From assembly GCA_963785725.1 (NCBI GenBank), contig CAWAWS010000005.1, forward strand, positions 64,001 through 128,000: a stretch of 64,000 nucleotides of DNA, read 5' to 3'. Shown piece after piece: positions 47,133 to 57,078 of the stretch. Both the position numbers and the translations under genes were made by a program. The stretch comes from an uncultured delta proteobacterium. Lineage in GTDB: Bacteria > Myxococcota_A > Polyangia > Palsa-1104. The notes beneath the pieces are model-generated. The model saw nothing but the letters and a program-made list of their open reading frames with translations. It had not been told where the DNA came from and did no database searches. Numbering within the stretch: position 1 is the stretch's first letter; each line of letters starts with the position of its first letter.

Positions 47133-47999
47133 CTACGGCGTCGTGTAGTCGCTGTCTTGGACCGGCTCGAGCACCTGCACCGAGCCGTAGATATCGTAGT
47201 CGAGGATGCCGGTGATCGCGCTGAACGTCGTCGCGACGTGCACGGGAACGGCGCTCGGCTGCGTGAGGCACTCCGGCGAGCTCGCCAGATGCTCCGACGA
47301 ATAGAATGCGTTCTCGACCAGCGCCTTGTTGCCGCTGCCGTCGACGACCTCGAAGCCACTGTACGTGGGTGGCGCGCAGCCCGAGCAGCTGCCGTTGACG
47401 CCGGCGTCGCCCGCGCAGCTCGAGTCATAAAGCGCCGTCGGCGTGACGTCATCGACCGTGACTTTGGTGGCCAGCTTGACCAACGTGCCGACGTACTTGC
47501 TCATGCCCGACGGGCTCAGATCGGTCGTCGCGACCGTTGGAATCGGCGGCGCCGTGCCGGTCATCGAGGTCATGGTCACGGCCGTCGGATCGAGCTCGTT
47601 CTTGCCCTTGTAAGCCGAGATCGTGCCCGTGACCGTCGCCAGCGAATGCAGCGCCGGCGCCATGATGCTCGCGGCGCACGGCTTCTTCGCCCCGTGATCG
47701 CAGAACACGTCGATCCCCGCGTAGGCCCCGCCCGCCGGATCCTCGATGTAGAACTCCGCTTTGTCGGTCGTGTTCGAGCGCACGGCGGTGACATAGGCCG
47801 TGACGGTAATCGGCGTCGTGACCTTGTTCATGATCGCGTCGGCGATCGTCATCGTCGTCGTCGTCACGGTCATCGCCAGGTCCGGCTCGCTCTGCGCGCC
47901 CAAGTCGGGCTTGTCGACATTGCCACTGCCACTGCCGTTACCACCACACCCGACGGTTGCCGCAAGCGCAGCAGCCAGGAACGTACGACTGAGCATCAT
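47133..47999 (-). CDS. Lipoprotein with probable OB-fold repeats
   Basis: TVGC lipobox; TIADA..., VTAV, FYIED...GI.V, VTGTI..Y.G..EL; AGGAGG RBS. Confidence 0.65.
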   Translation of the reverse strand: MMLSRTFLAAALAATVGCGGNGSGSGNVDKPDLGAQSEPDLAMTVTTTTMTIADAIMNKVTTPITVTAYVTAVRSNTTDKAEFYIEDPAGGAYAGIDVFCDHGAKKPCAASIMAPALHSLATVTGTISAYKGKNELDPTAVTMTSMTGTAPPIPTVATTDLSPSGMSKYVGTLVKLATKVTVDDVTPTALYDSSCAGDAGVNGSCSGCAPPTYSGFEVVDGSGNKALVENAFYSSEHLASSPECLTQPSAVPVHVATTFSAITGILDYDIYGSVQVLEPVQDSDYTTP

Positions 48000-48169
48000 T
48001 TCCTCCTGTGCGCATGAATGTCCCGCTCGGATGACTAGCTTCAACGTCATCGACGTTTCTTCGCCGGCGCTTTTCAGGAACAATGGCGGATTAGACTCGT
48101 CTCAGTAATCACTCGCACTGTCATCGTCTTTGACATCGTCGCGTTCTCCGTAGCCGGGCAAAGATTCCA

Positions 48170-48967
48170 TTGATCGTCGTGCTCTTATTGGTTCCGCTCG
48201 TGCTCGACGAGTCAGCCGCCACTCAGCGGGTCTCCGAGATTCGCGCCCACTTCAGCCAGCAGCCAAAGCAACAATCGATGCAGGCGCTCGAGCAGCTGGT
48301 CGCCGACGCGCCGGACACGACCGCCGCCGCGCGCGCGGCCGAGTGGCTCGGCGACCTCTGGCGTACCGAGCACGATGATGGCCAGGCGGAGATGAGCTAT
48401 CGGCGCGCCTATCGGGCGGTCGACCGACGCGCGCACGGGCTCGCCGCGCGCGGGCTCGGCGACATCGCGATCGACCACGGCCACTTCGCGACCGCGCTGG
48501 CGTTCTATTCCGAAGCGCGCGCCGCCTCCGAGTCACACCTGCTCGACGCGGAGCTCGATCTCAAGATCGCCCTCGCGCGCAAGCTGCGCAGGCGCAGGCT
48601 CGCGGAATGGGCCTCATGGAGCTTCGTCGCCGCGACCATCGCCGGACTGCTCGCCGGCAGTCGCTTTTGGCGCCGGCCGCGTCTCTCCGTTCCGGCCGAT
48701 CTGCTTTACGTCGTCCCCGTCTACGCGCTCTTGACCGTCGCGTGCATCGGCCGCGATCCGAAGGTCTTGCACGCGCTGTGGCTGATCGCGGGCGCATCCG
48801 CGGCGCTCATCGGCAGTGCCGGCGCCGCCGCCGAGCGCAGCCCGCCGCGCGGCCGTCGTCGTCTGTTGCGCGCGGGCCTGCTGGCTGCAGCGACGGTCGC
48901 CATCCTCTATGCGTCCGCCAACCGCGCCGGGCTCATCGACTCCATGTTGCTCACGGCCGCCACCTGA
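48170..48967 (+). CDS. TPR-like membrane protein
   Basis: Helical repeats followed by four TM segments. Confidence 0.6.
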   Translation: MIVVLLLVPLVLDESAATQRVSEIRAHFSQQPKQQSMQALEQLVADAPDTTAAARAAEWLGDLWRTEHDDGQAEMSYRRAYRAVDRRAHGLAARGLGDIAIDHGHFATALAFYSEARAASESHLLDAELDLKIALARKLRRRRLAEWASWSFVAATIAGLLAGSRFWRRPRLSVPADLLYVVPVYALLTVACIGRDPKVLHALWLIAGASAALIGSAGAAAERSPPRGRRRLLRAGLLAAATVAILYASANRAGLIDSMLLTAAT

Positions 48968-48970
48968 CAA

Positions 48971-49945
48971 TCACATTTTCTGACCGGTCGGGCTGACAGT
49001 CCACGTATCGGTCATCATGCCGGTCGCTTCGTCCAATTCGCTGACGGTGATGTTGCCATTGGCCTGTTGCTCGACCAGCAGCAGGCCATATTCGGTGCCA
49101 CTATCGAGCGGCGCGCCCGCATTGCCCGAGATGACGTGCTGCGTATCGACGTGCCGGTATTCGTGGGTGTGCCCGAGCAGCTCGATCGTATACGGATGGG
49201 CCGCCACGATGGCTTCGGACGTGGCGACGCAGGCCGGAACCCCCGCCGAAGTAGTCGATTCATGCCGAACGACGAACGTATAGGTCGTCGCGTCGCTCAG
49301 CTGCGTTTCGAGCCAACTCTGCTGCGTGTTGCTCGCGTCCCAGGAATTCGCCGCGATGAATACAAACTTCGCTTTGCCGAGCGGCGTATTGACATCGATT
49401 CGATAGTAAGGAGTCGTGACGCCCGCCGGAACCATTTGCATGAACGCTTTGATATTGGCGGTCTCGTTCAGATTCGGACAGTTCGAGAGGTCGGCGCCGG
49501 TGCATTCATGGTTGCCCATCGCCAGATAGACAGGACCGGCGCTATACGAGGCCATCGCCTTCTTGAAGAGCGCGACTTGAGCAGGCACGACGCTGGCGTC
49601 GGTGGCGAACATGTAGTCGCCAGTGCCGACGACGAATTGCGCGCCGTTCGACTGAGCGAGCGCGAAAATGCCGGTGATGATCGACGATGGATAGCCCGCC
49701 GTATCGTTGTCGTTCGGCGGCCGACTGTCGCCAAAGACGGCGAACTTCATCAGGCCGCCACCCATCGCCAGATCGGTCGACGCGCTGCCCGTTCCACCAC
49801 CACCGCCAGCCTGCCCTCCACCGCTTCCGCCATTCGCGACTGCCATGTCGCTGCGAGCCGCGCCTCCGCCGCCAGCGTGACTGCCCGCGCCCGTTTGCCC
49901 GCAACCGACGATGAGGAGGACCGGCAGGATGCGATGGATGCGCAT
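48971..49945 (-). CDS. Metallophosphoesterase lipoprotein
   Basis: FGDSR, GDY, MGNHE, RH, GHTH; IVGC lipobox. Confidence 0.88.
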   Translation of the reverse strand: MRIHRILPVLLIVGCGQTGAGSHAGGGGAARSDMAVANGGSGGGQAGGGGGTGSASTDLAMGGGLMKFAVFGDSRPPNDNDTAGYPSSIITGIFALAQSNGAQFVVGTGDYMFATDASVVPAQVALFKKAMASYSAGPVYLAMGNHECTGADLSNCPNLNETANIKAFMQMVPAGVTTPYYRIDVNTPLGKAKFVFIAANSWDASNTQQSWLETQLSDATTYTFVVRHESTTSAGVPACVATSEAIVAAHPYTIELLGHTHEYRHVDTQHVISGNAGAPLDSGTEYGLLLVEQQANGNITVSELDEATGMMTDTWTVSPTGQKM

Positions 49946-50061
49946 GCCTGTAGATGTCGTCCGACAAGACAAGCCTTCACCCGAACGTCGGCCTCTTGAT
50001 TCCCGGCGTTTGCACGGCCCAAATCAACTAGCGCAAGGGCAAGCGCCGTCTGCATTCGAGC

Positions 50062-50097
50062 TGGGCAACTTTCGAACAGTGCGCAGCAAACGGACAG
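50062..50097 (+). promoter_or_regulatory. Tandem recurrent enhancer-like motif
   Basis: TGGGCAACTTTCGAACAG TGCGCAGCAAACGGACAG. Confidence 0.6.
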
Positions 50098-50138
50098 CTC
50101 GTAGCCCGCCGTTTGCCGCCAAAGCCGCTGGGCGCGAC

Positions 50139-50154
50139 TGGCATCGAGCTTGCT
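50139..50154 (+). promoter_or_regulatory. sigma54 promoter
   Basis: TGGCATC-GAGC-TTGCT. Confidence 0.75.
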
Positions 50155-50219
50155 GACCCACTGCAGTCTCCGCGGTCATCGTTGTCCGACTGGCACAACC
50201 GCCGTTCGAGAGGTCCAGA

Positions 50220-51008
50220 CTGATTCCCTGGCTCAACTTGGACGTGCCTGTGCTCGCGGGATCGGCGGCGCCGTTCTGGATCCTCGTCGCGGTTGGCATC
50301 GCGTTGGGCACGAGGGCCAGCCTGCAGCGCGGCGACCAGCTCGGCCTGACCCACCCGCTCCGCTCGTTGCTGACCGCCGTCCTCGTCGGAGGATTCGTCT
50401 CGGCCCGGCTGCTCTATCTCGTCGCCGAACGACCGAGCGCGCAGCCCATGCGCTGGCTCGACCTCGTCGCGCCCGCGGGCCGACTGTCGTCATTCGGCGG
50501 ATTCGCAGGCGCCGTCGTGATGCTGCGTCGGTGGACACATCGGCGCCATCTGCCCGTCGCACCTTACGCCGACGCGCTCGCCGCGGGCTTCCCGCTCGGC
50601 TGGCTCTTCGGCCGCCTCGGCTGCTTCATCGCGCACGATCATCCCGGTCGACTGACCCACTTCTTCTTGGGCGTGCGCTATCCCGACGGCGTCCGTCATG
50701 ACCTCGGCCTCGACGAAGCGCTCTATGCCGCGACTATTGCCGTCATCTTTCGGCTACTCCAGCGTCGCGCCCGTCCGGTCGGCACCTATACGACCATTCT
50801 CATCGTCACTTATGCGCCCGTGCGGTTCGCGCTCGATTTCCTGCGCACGAGCGACGAGCGCTATCTCGGGCTGACGGTCGCGCAAGCCGGCTGCTTCCTG
50901 CTCTGGGCGGCGGCGATGTACCTGGTGACCGCGACGCTGTTGGCGATGACCGAAACCACAGCGCGGTCGCGATTGCAACCTGAAGATCGGAGTCGTGAAC
51001 AGTCTTGA
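50220..51008 (+). CDS. lgt: Prolipoprotein diacylglyceryl transferase (Lgt) paralog
   Basis: ARLLY, LSSFGG, GRLGCF..HDHPG, RH...E, RF..DFLR; start uncertain (CTG 50220 or TTG 50238). Confidence 0.8.
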   Translation: MIPWLNLDVPVLAGSAAPFWILVAVGIALGTRASLQRGDQLGLTHPLRSLLTAVLVGGFVSARLLYLVAERPSAQPMRWLDLVAPAGRLSSFGGFAGAVVMLRRWTHRRHLPVAPYADALAAGFPLGWLFGRLGCFIAHDHPGRLTHFFLGVRYPDGVRHDLGLDEALYAATIAVIFRLLQRRARPVGTYTTILIVTYAPVRFALDFLRTSDERYLGLTVAQAGCFLLWAAAMYLVTATLLAMTETTARSRLQPEDRSREQS

Positions 51009-51341
51009 GTGCTGTCTTTTTACTCGCCGATTCGCGCTATTTCGAGAACCCTCGATCGCCGCGCTACGTCTCACTCGCATGACGCCCAAACCGAGCCGCA
51101 CGCAGCTCATTCAATGGTCGCACTGGCTCTCTGAGCGTTCGGGCTGCTTGATCCACGGTCGGGACGCCAGTCACGCCTTCGTCGGCTGCGCGCCTACCGA
51201 CTCGGAAGAGCCGCGCATCGAATGCGGCCAATGCCAACACAATGGCAGACATACGCTGCTCTCTTTCTGGAACCGCGATCGCGATCAAGTGTTGGCCGAC
51301 TCGCGAACGGTCGATCGAAGTCAATGAACCGAGGAGGGCTC

Positions 51342-51611
51342 ATGTCGCACCCACGAGACCGCCCCGCGCCGAGCGCGTCCCGACGGCACTTCTGTCGCTG
51401 AGCGGCGCTGGCGTTCGAGGCCGGCGGTCTGTACGCCATCTCCGCCATCTGCACACATCAAGGCTGCACCGTAGACTTCGCGAGCGCGGCCAGCGGATTC
51501 CATCGTCCGTGCCACGGCTCCGTGTTCTCGTTCGATGGCCTCGTCGAAGGCGGACCGGCAACGGCCTCGCTGGTGCACTACGGCGTATCGCCCGACGATC
51601 GCCTCGCGTGA
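51342..51611 (+). pseudogene. Rieske [2Fe-2S] protein remnant
   Basis: GAGGAGG RBS, Tat-like SRRHF, in-frame TGA at 51399, then CTHQGC and RPCHGS (first Cys ligand changed to Arg). Confidence 0.7.
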
Positions 51612-52471
51612 CGGCGACGACGCGCGGCGAGCACGAGGAGCGGCAGCAGCAGCAGTATCGTCAGTGACCCGCGCGCCGGCGCGCCGCCCAACGCGCACGC
51701 CGCGCTGGCACCGGTCGGCACGCTCGCTCCCGCCTCTTGCAAGAAGAAGCTCGCCTGCGCGGTGTCGTCGCCGTACGGATTCTGATCATTCGCCGCGGTC
51801 CCAGCGCCGCCGTTGCCGTCGACGGCAGCGACGTAGACCGTGACCGGCCCGGTGCCGGCGGGCGGCGCCGTCCACCACAGGTGCCACGTGGTCGGCCCGT
51901 TGCGCACCACGAGCCGCGCGGTGTTGGCATCGAGCTGGCGATTGCCGAAGATGGCGTCGCCGTCCGGCGCGACCAAGGCCTCGTCGTTCGTCTGATCGGG
52001 CGCGGGGCAGACACCGGCGACCGGCGCCGCGGCGCAGAAGCCCTTCGTCAGCGGCGCGCCCGCGGCGTCCACCTCCAAGCCGAAGTTGTTGTTGTTGCAC
52101 TGCACGTAGCCGCTCGACGTGCCGGGCGGATCGGTGCAGGTGGGGCTGTTGTATTGCGTGCCCTTGGTCTCGTTCTTCAGCTGCACCTCGAGCTCGTACG
52201 TCTGCCCCGGCACGTAACCGCTCTGAAAGAGCGCCGGCTGATCGGCGGCCAGCTCGAGCCCGAGCGCGCGCGGCCCGTCGGTGTGGCAGCTGTTGCACGT
52301 CAGCGACGCGAAGCGCGGCGCGCCGGTGAAGTAGATGCCCTCGCCGCTCGCGCCGTAAGTCGCGCCGTGCGGCACCATCGGGTTGGCGAAGAACTGCGTG
52401 GCATCGTCGAAGGCGTGTGCTGCCGTCGGTAAGCCGAGGACGAAGAAGATCGCGATCCACTTAGAGCGCAA
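51578..52471 (-). CDS. Secreted CXXCH protein with Reeler-like domain and MYXO-CTERM-like tail
   Basis: Signal peptide, TCNSCH, YVPGQTY.L.V, WTAP..GTGPV..Y...V.GNG; C-terminal AC...LLLLPLLVLAARRRR. Confidence 0.7.
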   Translation of the reverse strand: MRSKWIAIFFVLGLPTAAHAFDDATQFFANPMVPHGATYGASGEGIYFTGAPRFASLTCNSCHTDGPRALGLELAADQPALFQSGYVPGQTYELEVQLKNETKGTQYNSPTCTDPPGTSSGYVQCNNNNFGLEVDAAGAPLTKGFCAAAPVAGVCPAPDQTNDEALVAPDGDAIFGNRQLDANTARLVVRNGPTTWHLWWTAPPAGTGPVTVYVAAVDGNGGAGTAANDQNPYGDDTAQASFFLQEAGASVPTGASAACALGGAPARGSLTILLLLPLLVLAARRRRHARRSSGDTP

Positions 52472-53782
52472 AGCCCACCTCCAGCGCGCCACCGAGCCAG
52501 TCATCGCCGGCCGAATGCGCAAAGCGCGTGCCGGCGCCGGCGAACGAGAGGCCGACGTGATCGTAGCCGCCGCTCAGCCGCAGCCACAGCCACGAGGTCA
52601 GCCACGACGTCGCCGACGCCGACGCCGACACGCCCCACGCCGACGCGGCGCCATATTGTGTCGTCGACGCGATGGCGCCGTCGTAAAGCACGCCGAGATA
52701 GCCGCCTCGCAGCGCCAGCACGGCATAGCGGCCGACGAGCGCGCGCTCCATCCGAGGCCGGCGGCGATGGCGTCGTAGCGGACATCGGGGACGCCGACGT
52801 CGACGGGCGCGGCGTGGCTCCAGCTCATGCGCTGCCAGCCGGTGTCGACGGTCAGCGTGCCGCCGGCGGATTCGTGACCGAGCGGGATGCGGCCGACGAG
52901 CAGCACGTTCCAGCGCGAGGCGCTGCCGGTCGACTTGCCAACCGCCGACGTCGACGTGAAGCCGAAGATGGACTCGTACAATCCCGAGAGGCCGAACGAC
53001 GCCAACACCGGATGGTCCTCGGCGAGCTCCGACGACAGCGCCAGCGGGAATACGGCGCCTTCGACGCGGATGCCGGCCACCGTGCCGCCGGCGTAGCGCG
53101 GCGCCGAGGCGACGTCGAAGCCGAGCCGGCGCGTCAAGAGCGACGGGCCGACGCCGCCGAACACGCCGGCCACCGCGCGCTTGGCCGCCGCCTGCTTGGC
53201 GATGCTGGTGTCACCGGCGACCGCGGGCGACACGTCTTCGACCGACGATGGCGCCGGCGACGACGACGCGCTCACGTCGGGCGGCGACTCGGCCGCGACC
53301 TCCGCCGGCGGCCGCGCGCGACCCATCGGCACGACGCGCTCGAGCGCGCGCACGAGGTCGGCCGCCACGCGCTCGCGAATGAGCGGCAGCGTGCGCCCGC
53401 CGAGCTCGTAACGTCCGCGCGCGATGACGCGGCCGCTCGAGCCTTCGCGCACGGCGACCAAGAGCAGCCGCTGGCGCCCCTGACCGACGACGGTGCCGCC
53501 GATGATGGCGTCGATGTGCAGCCTGAGCGCGACGGCGCGCACGTCTTCCGGCGAGGCGCCGCGCCGGCCCAACTGCTCGGCGACGCGGCGATAGTCGGCG
53601 CCCGGCACCAGCTCATACAGCTCGGTCAGCTCGGCTTCGAGCGCGCTCGAGAAGCGGCCGCCGTCGGGACCGCTGACGCCGAGCAGCGTCACCGTCTTGG
53701 CGGCGGCATCGACGCGCGCGCTCGCGGCCAGCGTCGCCGCCACGGCCAGCGCCGGCAGTAGTCGGCGGCTAATAAATGACAT
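52461..53782 (-). CDS. Putative outer-membrane protein (N-terminal alpha/beta domain + barrel), frameshifted near 52750
   Basis: Signal peptide; amphipathic strands; C-terminal GGALEVGFAL lies in the adjacent frame and one missing G joins them. Confidence 0.6.
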
Positions 53783-54854
53783 TGATGCCCGCTTCGATGT
53801 TGGCGCCGTCACGCGACGTCAAGAGCGCGAAGTCGAGGTACTTGAAATGGAAGTAGTCGACCTTGGCCTCGAGCTCGAGCGCGCGATGCACCCACGGCAG
53901 CCGCCACGACACCTTGGCGCCGACCAAGTTGGACCAAAAGGTCGACAGCTCGCGATCGGCGGTGACGAAGTTGCCGAAGCTCTCGGTCGTGTAGTGCGTC
54001 TGAAAGAAGCTGGCGCCCTTTTGAAAATAGAAGCGCTCGCGCAGCCGCAGGGTCACGTCGCCGAACGTGACGAAGTAGCGCAGCTGCATCGTCTGCGCCT
54101 GCACGCCCCAGTTGTCGGAGTAGAAGCGATAGTCCGCCTGCAACGCGGTATCGGTGAACAGGTGGCGATTGAGCGCGAGCACGACGGCGTGGCGATAGCG
54201 ATCGTTGGGATCGCTCTCCGGCACCTTGAACGCGATGCTGCTCGCGCCATTCGCCTCCGGATCTTCGATGCGCACGAAGCGATACGGGCTCGCTTGATAG
54301 CCGTCGTTGTACGCGAACGAATAGGACAGCTGCGCGATGGTGCGCCGGTCGATCACTTGGCTCCACGACGCCGAGACGCCGTTGACGAGGAGCGAGCGGT
54401 GAAAGAGCTGATCGCCGGTGCGTCCGACGCTGTTGGCGGACACCGAGTAGCCGACCGACAGCGTCGAGTTGCGCTCGAACAGGTCCTGCGCCAGCCCGAA
54501 GTCGACGTTGTGCGAGCGATAGTCGTTCTCGACCGAGTAGACGTAGCTCCCGGTGAGCGTCGTCGCGTGGAACTTCTGCGTCAGGCCGGCGGAGATCTCG
54601 CTGCGAAAGTCGGTCATGCGCTTGGTGGCGTTGCTGATGACGTCGACCGACGCCGAGCTGACGATGTCGGCGACGTAGCTGGCGGAGACGGTGCCGCCTT
54701 GCCAGGCGTCGCGCGAGATGGCCGTCAGCGGCGACACGACCGTCGTGCGATCGCTGTCGGTGTACACCTGCGTCTTGACCGTGAAGCTATCGTCGGCGTG
54801 AGCGGCGGCCGGCAGCGCCAGCGCCAAGGCGAGGACGGCGAATCTCAATTGCAT
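53769..54854 (-). CDS. DUF3570-family putative outer-membrane beta-barrel (copy 2)
   Basis: ADIVSSAS, ENDYRS, GYQASPYR, DYRFYSDNWGV, TADRELS. Confidence 0.85.
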   Translation of the reverse strand: MQLRFAVLALALALPAAAHADDSFTVKTQVYTDSDRTTVVSPLTAISRDAWQGGTVSASYVADIVSSASVDVISNATKRMTDFRSEISAGLTQKFHATTLTGSYVYSVENDYRSHNVDFGLAQDLFERNSTLSVGYSVSANSVGRTGDQLFHRSLLVNGVSASWSQVIDRRTIAQLSYSFAYNDGYQASPYRFVRIEDPEANGASSIAFKVPESDPNDRYRHAVVLALNRHLFTDTALQADYRFYSDNWGVQAQTMQLRYFVTFGDVTLRLRERFYFQKGASFFQTHYTTESFGNFVTADRELSTFWSNLVGAKVSWRLPWVHRALELEAKVDYFHFKYLDFALLTSRDGANIEAGINVIY

Positions 54855-55057
54855 CCGCAGCCGCCTCCAGCCGAGCCATAGCCGCCGACGGCACCTTCGC
54901 GCGCCTCGAGCATGTGCAGATCGAGGACGTCTTCGTGCGGGTCGGGCTGGAACGTCATCGTCGGCTTGGCCAAGAGCTCGCGCTCGTAAGGCTTGACGCG
55001 AACACAACCGGCGGCGCCCGAGAGCGCCAGAGCGAGAATTACGAAGCGCATCGTCAT
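54845..55057 (-). CDS. DUF4266-family small lipoprotein (copy 2)
   Basis: AAGC-VRVKPYERELLAKP.M...H...AREGA.GG.G.AGGGCGCN. Confidence 0.9.
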   Translation of the reverse strand: MTMRFVILALALSGAAGCVRVKPYERELLAKPTMTFQPDPHEDVLDLHMLEAREGAVGGYGSAGGGCGCN

Positions 55058-55620
55058 CGCGGCGTCAGCCCCATCATCGTGAAGACCGTCTGGCAGCTCG
55101 CGTCGACGGGGCTCGACTGCTTGGCGCCGCCGATCCACGCCACGAGCGCTTGCCAATCGGCGTCGTCGGTCAGCGTCGTCGCCGGATAGACCGGGAAGAT
55201 GCCGACGCCGTGATGCTCGGCGCCGCCGAAGCTGGCCTTGAGCGGCTTACCGAGCAGCGGAATGTGCTGCAGGTCGGGCTGCATGCGCTCGGCGGCGGTC
55301 GCGGCATAAAGCAGCCCGGAGACCGACTCGAAGTTGAGCTCGACCTCGGAGTCGGTCAGGCGCGCGTCGCGTCCATCGCGCGTGCCGTCGTCGGTCTGGC
55401 GCAGCTTGCCGGGCGAGTACAGCCGCAGCGCGTGGTCGGCGTTGCCGTGGCACGCGAGGTACGAGCAGCGCCGAATCAGCACCGGCTCGACCGTGCAGAC
55501 GAACTGGTTGTAGTCGAGGAAGGCGTCGGGCGAGCCGGTGGTCTGCAATCCTTGCGTGTGGTCGAGGCCGGGGCAGCCGGCGACCGTAGCCACGACGATG
55601 ACGGCGAACAGGCGATTCAC
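55054..55620 (-). CDS. Lipoprotein with CX4CH putative heme-binding motif
   Basis: VAGC lipobox; F...VEPVL.RRCSYLACHG; LL.KPL...H. Confidence 0.7.
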   Translation of the reverse strand: MNRLFAVIVVATVAGCPGLDHTQGLQTTGSPDAFLDYNQFVCTVEPVLIRRCSYLACHGNADHALRLYSPGKLRQTDDGTRDGRDARLTDSEVELNFESVSGLLYAATAAERMQPDLQHIPLLGKPLKASFGGAEHHGVGIFPVYPATTLTDDADWQALVAWIGGAKQSSPVDASCQTVFTMMGLTPR

Positions 55621-55673
55621 GCGGAGTGACGCGCAGCGCGGTAAATGGCGGCGGAAAGCACGGCGCGCCTGTC

Positions 55674-55689
55674 AGCAAACGGAGTGCCA
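55674..55689 (-). promoter_or_regulatory. sigma54 promoter
   Basis: TGGCACT-CCGT-TTGCT. Confidence 0.8.
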
Positions 55690-55719
55690 GCGACTGAGGC
55701 GCGCGACAGCAGTTTGCAG

Positions 55720-55737
55720 TGCGCAACGATCGTACAG
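55720..55737 (+). promoter_or_regulatory. Recurrent enhancer-like motif
   Basis: TGCGCAACGATCGTACAG between two divergent sigma54 promoters. Confidence 0.7.
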
Positions 55738-55910
55738 CGCGCCGCCGTCGCGGGACCTATCAGTCTGATCCGGCTCGGTCGCGGTCGTACGCGACCCTCC
55801 CTCTTGGCTCGCTTGCGAGTGGGACTGCAAACCGGTTCGCACGCAGGCGGGAGCGCAGTCGCCGGGTCATTTCGCGTCGCCGCGGCTCGCGTCCGGCGCC
55901 GAGTTGCGCG

Positions 55911-55926
55911 TGGCACCGCGCTTGCT
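55911..55926 (+). promoter_or_regulatory. sigma54 promoter
   Basis: TGGCACC-GCGC-TTGCT. Confidence 0.8.
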
Positions 55927-55939
55927 CGGTCGGCGAACC

Positions 55940-56698
55940 ATGCGCGATGACTCGAAATGCGCCACTTGCCTCGATCGGCGCGCCTTTGTCGCGGCCGCCG
56001 GCGTCGGGGCGCTGGCGCTGGCGCTTCCCGGCTGCGAAGCGCCGACGACCGCGGGACGCATTTCCGAAGGCCCCATCGATCCGACCACGGGCGGAACCGG
56101 CGGCAACGGCAACGGCGGCGGAGACACCGCCGGTGGCGGCGGCAGCGCCGGCGGTGAAGCGGGCGGCGGCGGCAGCGCCGGTGGCGGCGGAACCGCGGGC
56201 GGTGGCGGCGAAGCGGGCGGCGGCGGAACTGCGGGCGGCGGCGGAACTGCCGGTGGCGGTGGAACCGCCGGCGGCGGCGGAAGCGCGGGCGGCGGCGGAG
56301 CCGCGGGCGGCGGCGGAACTGCCGGTGGCGGCGGCAGCGCGCCCACTTGCACGCCGGGCACGCTCGCCGCGGGCGCCGCGTCGAGCTACACCGTGGGCAC
56401 GGCCAAGAGCTTCAGCAACGCCATCAGCTCCGGCGGCCAAAAGTACACGATCTTCGTCGCCAAGGACGCCAACGGCTTTTACGCGATGGACTCGGACTGC
56501 ACGCACGCCGGCTGCCCGGTCGCGTCGCAAGGCACCACGTACTACTGCAACTGCCACGGCGCCACCTTCGACGCCAACGGCAAGCACACCGGCGGCCCGG
56601 GCAGCGGTTATTTGCAGCATTACACCGTCTGCGTCGACGCCAGCGGCAACGTCACCGTCGACATCGACAGTCAGGCGACGCCGACGCAGCGCTTCTGA
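55940..56698 (+). CDS. Tat-exported Rieske [2Fe-2S] lipoprotein with long Gly-rich linker
   Basis: DRRAFV Tat motif, LPGC lipobox, CTHAGC and CNCHGA boxes. Confidence 0.88.
   Translation: MRDDSKCATCLDRRAFVAAAGVGALALALPGCEAPTTAGRISEGPIDPTTGGTGGNGNGGGDTAGGGGSAGGEAGGGGSAGGGGTAGGGGEAGGGGTAGGGGTAGGGGTAGGGGSAGGGGAAGGGGTAGGGGSAPTCTPGTLAAGAASSYTVGTAKSFSNAISSGGQKYTIFVAKDANGFYAMDSDCTHAGCPVASQGTTYYCNCHGATFDANGKHTGGPGSGYLQHYTVCVDASGNVTVDIDSQATPTQRF
56130..56340 (+). repeat. Coding 18-bp tandem repeat (GGGG(S/T/E/A)A)n
   Basis: Repeated GGCGGCGGCGGAACCGCG-like units inside the Rieske gene. Confidence 0.8.
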
Positions 56699-56707
56699 CC
56701 GGGCGCC

Positions 56708-56953
56708 CTATTCGACCCGCGTGTGCGTGGCGTCCCAGACGATCTGCAGGCCGGCGAACTTGCGCAGCCGATCGCGCACGCTCACTTTGCCTTCGATGAT
56801 CTCGTCGGCGAGATCGGGCGCGAGGAACGACGGCGGATCCTGCCGCAGCGCCAGCTCGTCGGCGCGCGTGAGATAGAGCGCGATCGGCGCTTGGCGGTGG
56901 GTTCCGATATACGCGTCCTTGAGCGCCCGCACGCGCCTCTCGAATTCCGTCAT
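56708..56953 (-). CDS. Small hypothetical protein
   Basis: MTEFERRVRALK...; sigma54-like GGGAATG-GCGC-TTGCT at 56984-56999 upstream. Confidence 0.55.
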   Translation of the reverse strand: MTEFERRVRALKDAYIGTHRQAPIALYLTRADELALRQDPPSFLAPDLADEIIEGKVSVRDRLRKFAGLQIVWDATHTRVE

Positions 56954-57040
56954 CTCGCGTCCGCGTCCAAGCGCCAAGAGCGGAGCAAGCGCCATTCCCA
57001 GCCCGAGAGCGCGGCAGACCGGGCAGCCGCAGCGGCCAGC

Positions 57041-57078
57041 TGCGCAACGTTCGAACAGAGCGCGCAACGATCGTACAA
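57041..57078 (+). promoter_or_regulatory. Tandem recurrent enhancer-like motif
   Basis: TGCGCAACGTTCGAACAG-AG-CGCGCAACGATCGTACAA. Confidence 0.7.

Noticed and set aside
51399..51401. In-frame TGA in the Rieske remnant as selenocysteine or readthrough
   Set aside because: It is not at a conserved Cys position, the region looks internally deleted, and an Fe-S ligand is also mutated, so decay is the simpler explanation.
56100..56340. Regular short repeats as a CRISPR array or VNTR
   Set aside because: There are no unique spacers; the repeats encode the Gly-rich linker of the Rieske protein.
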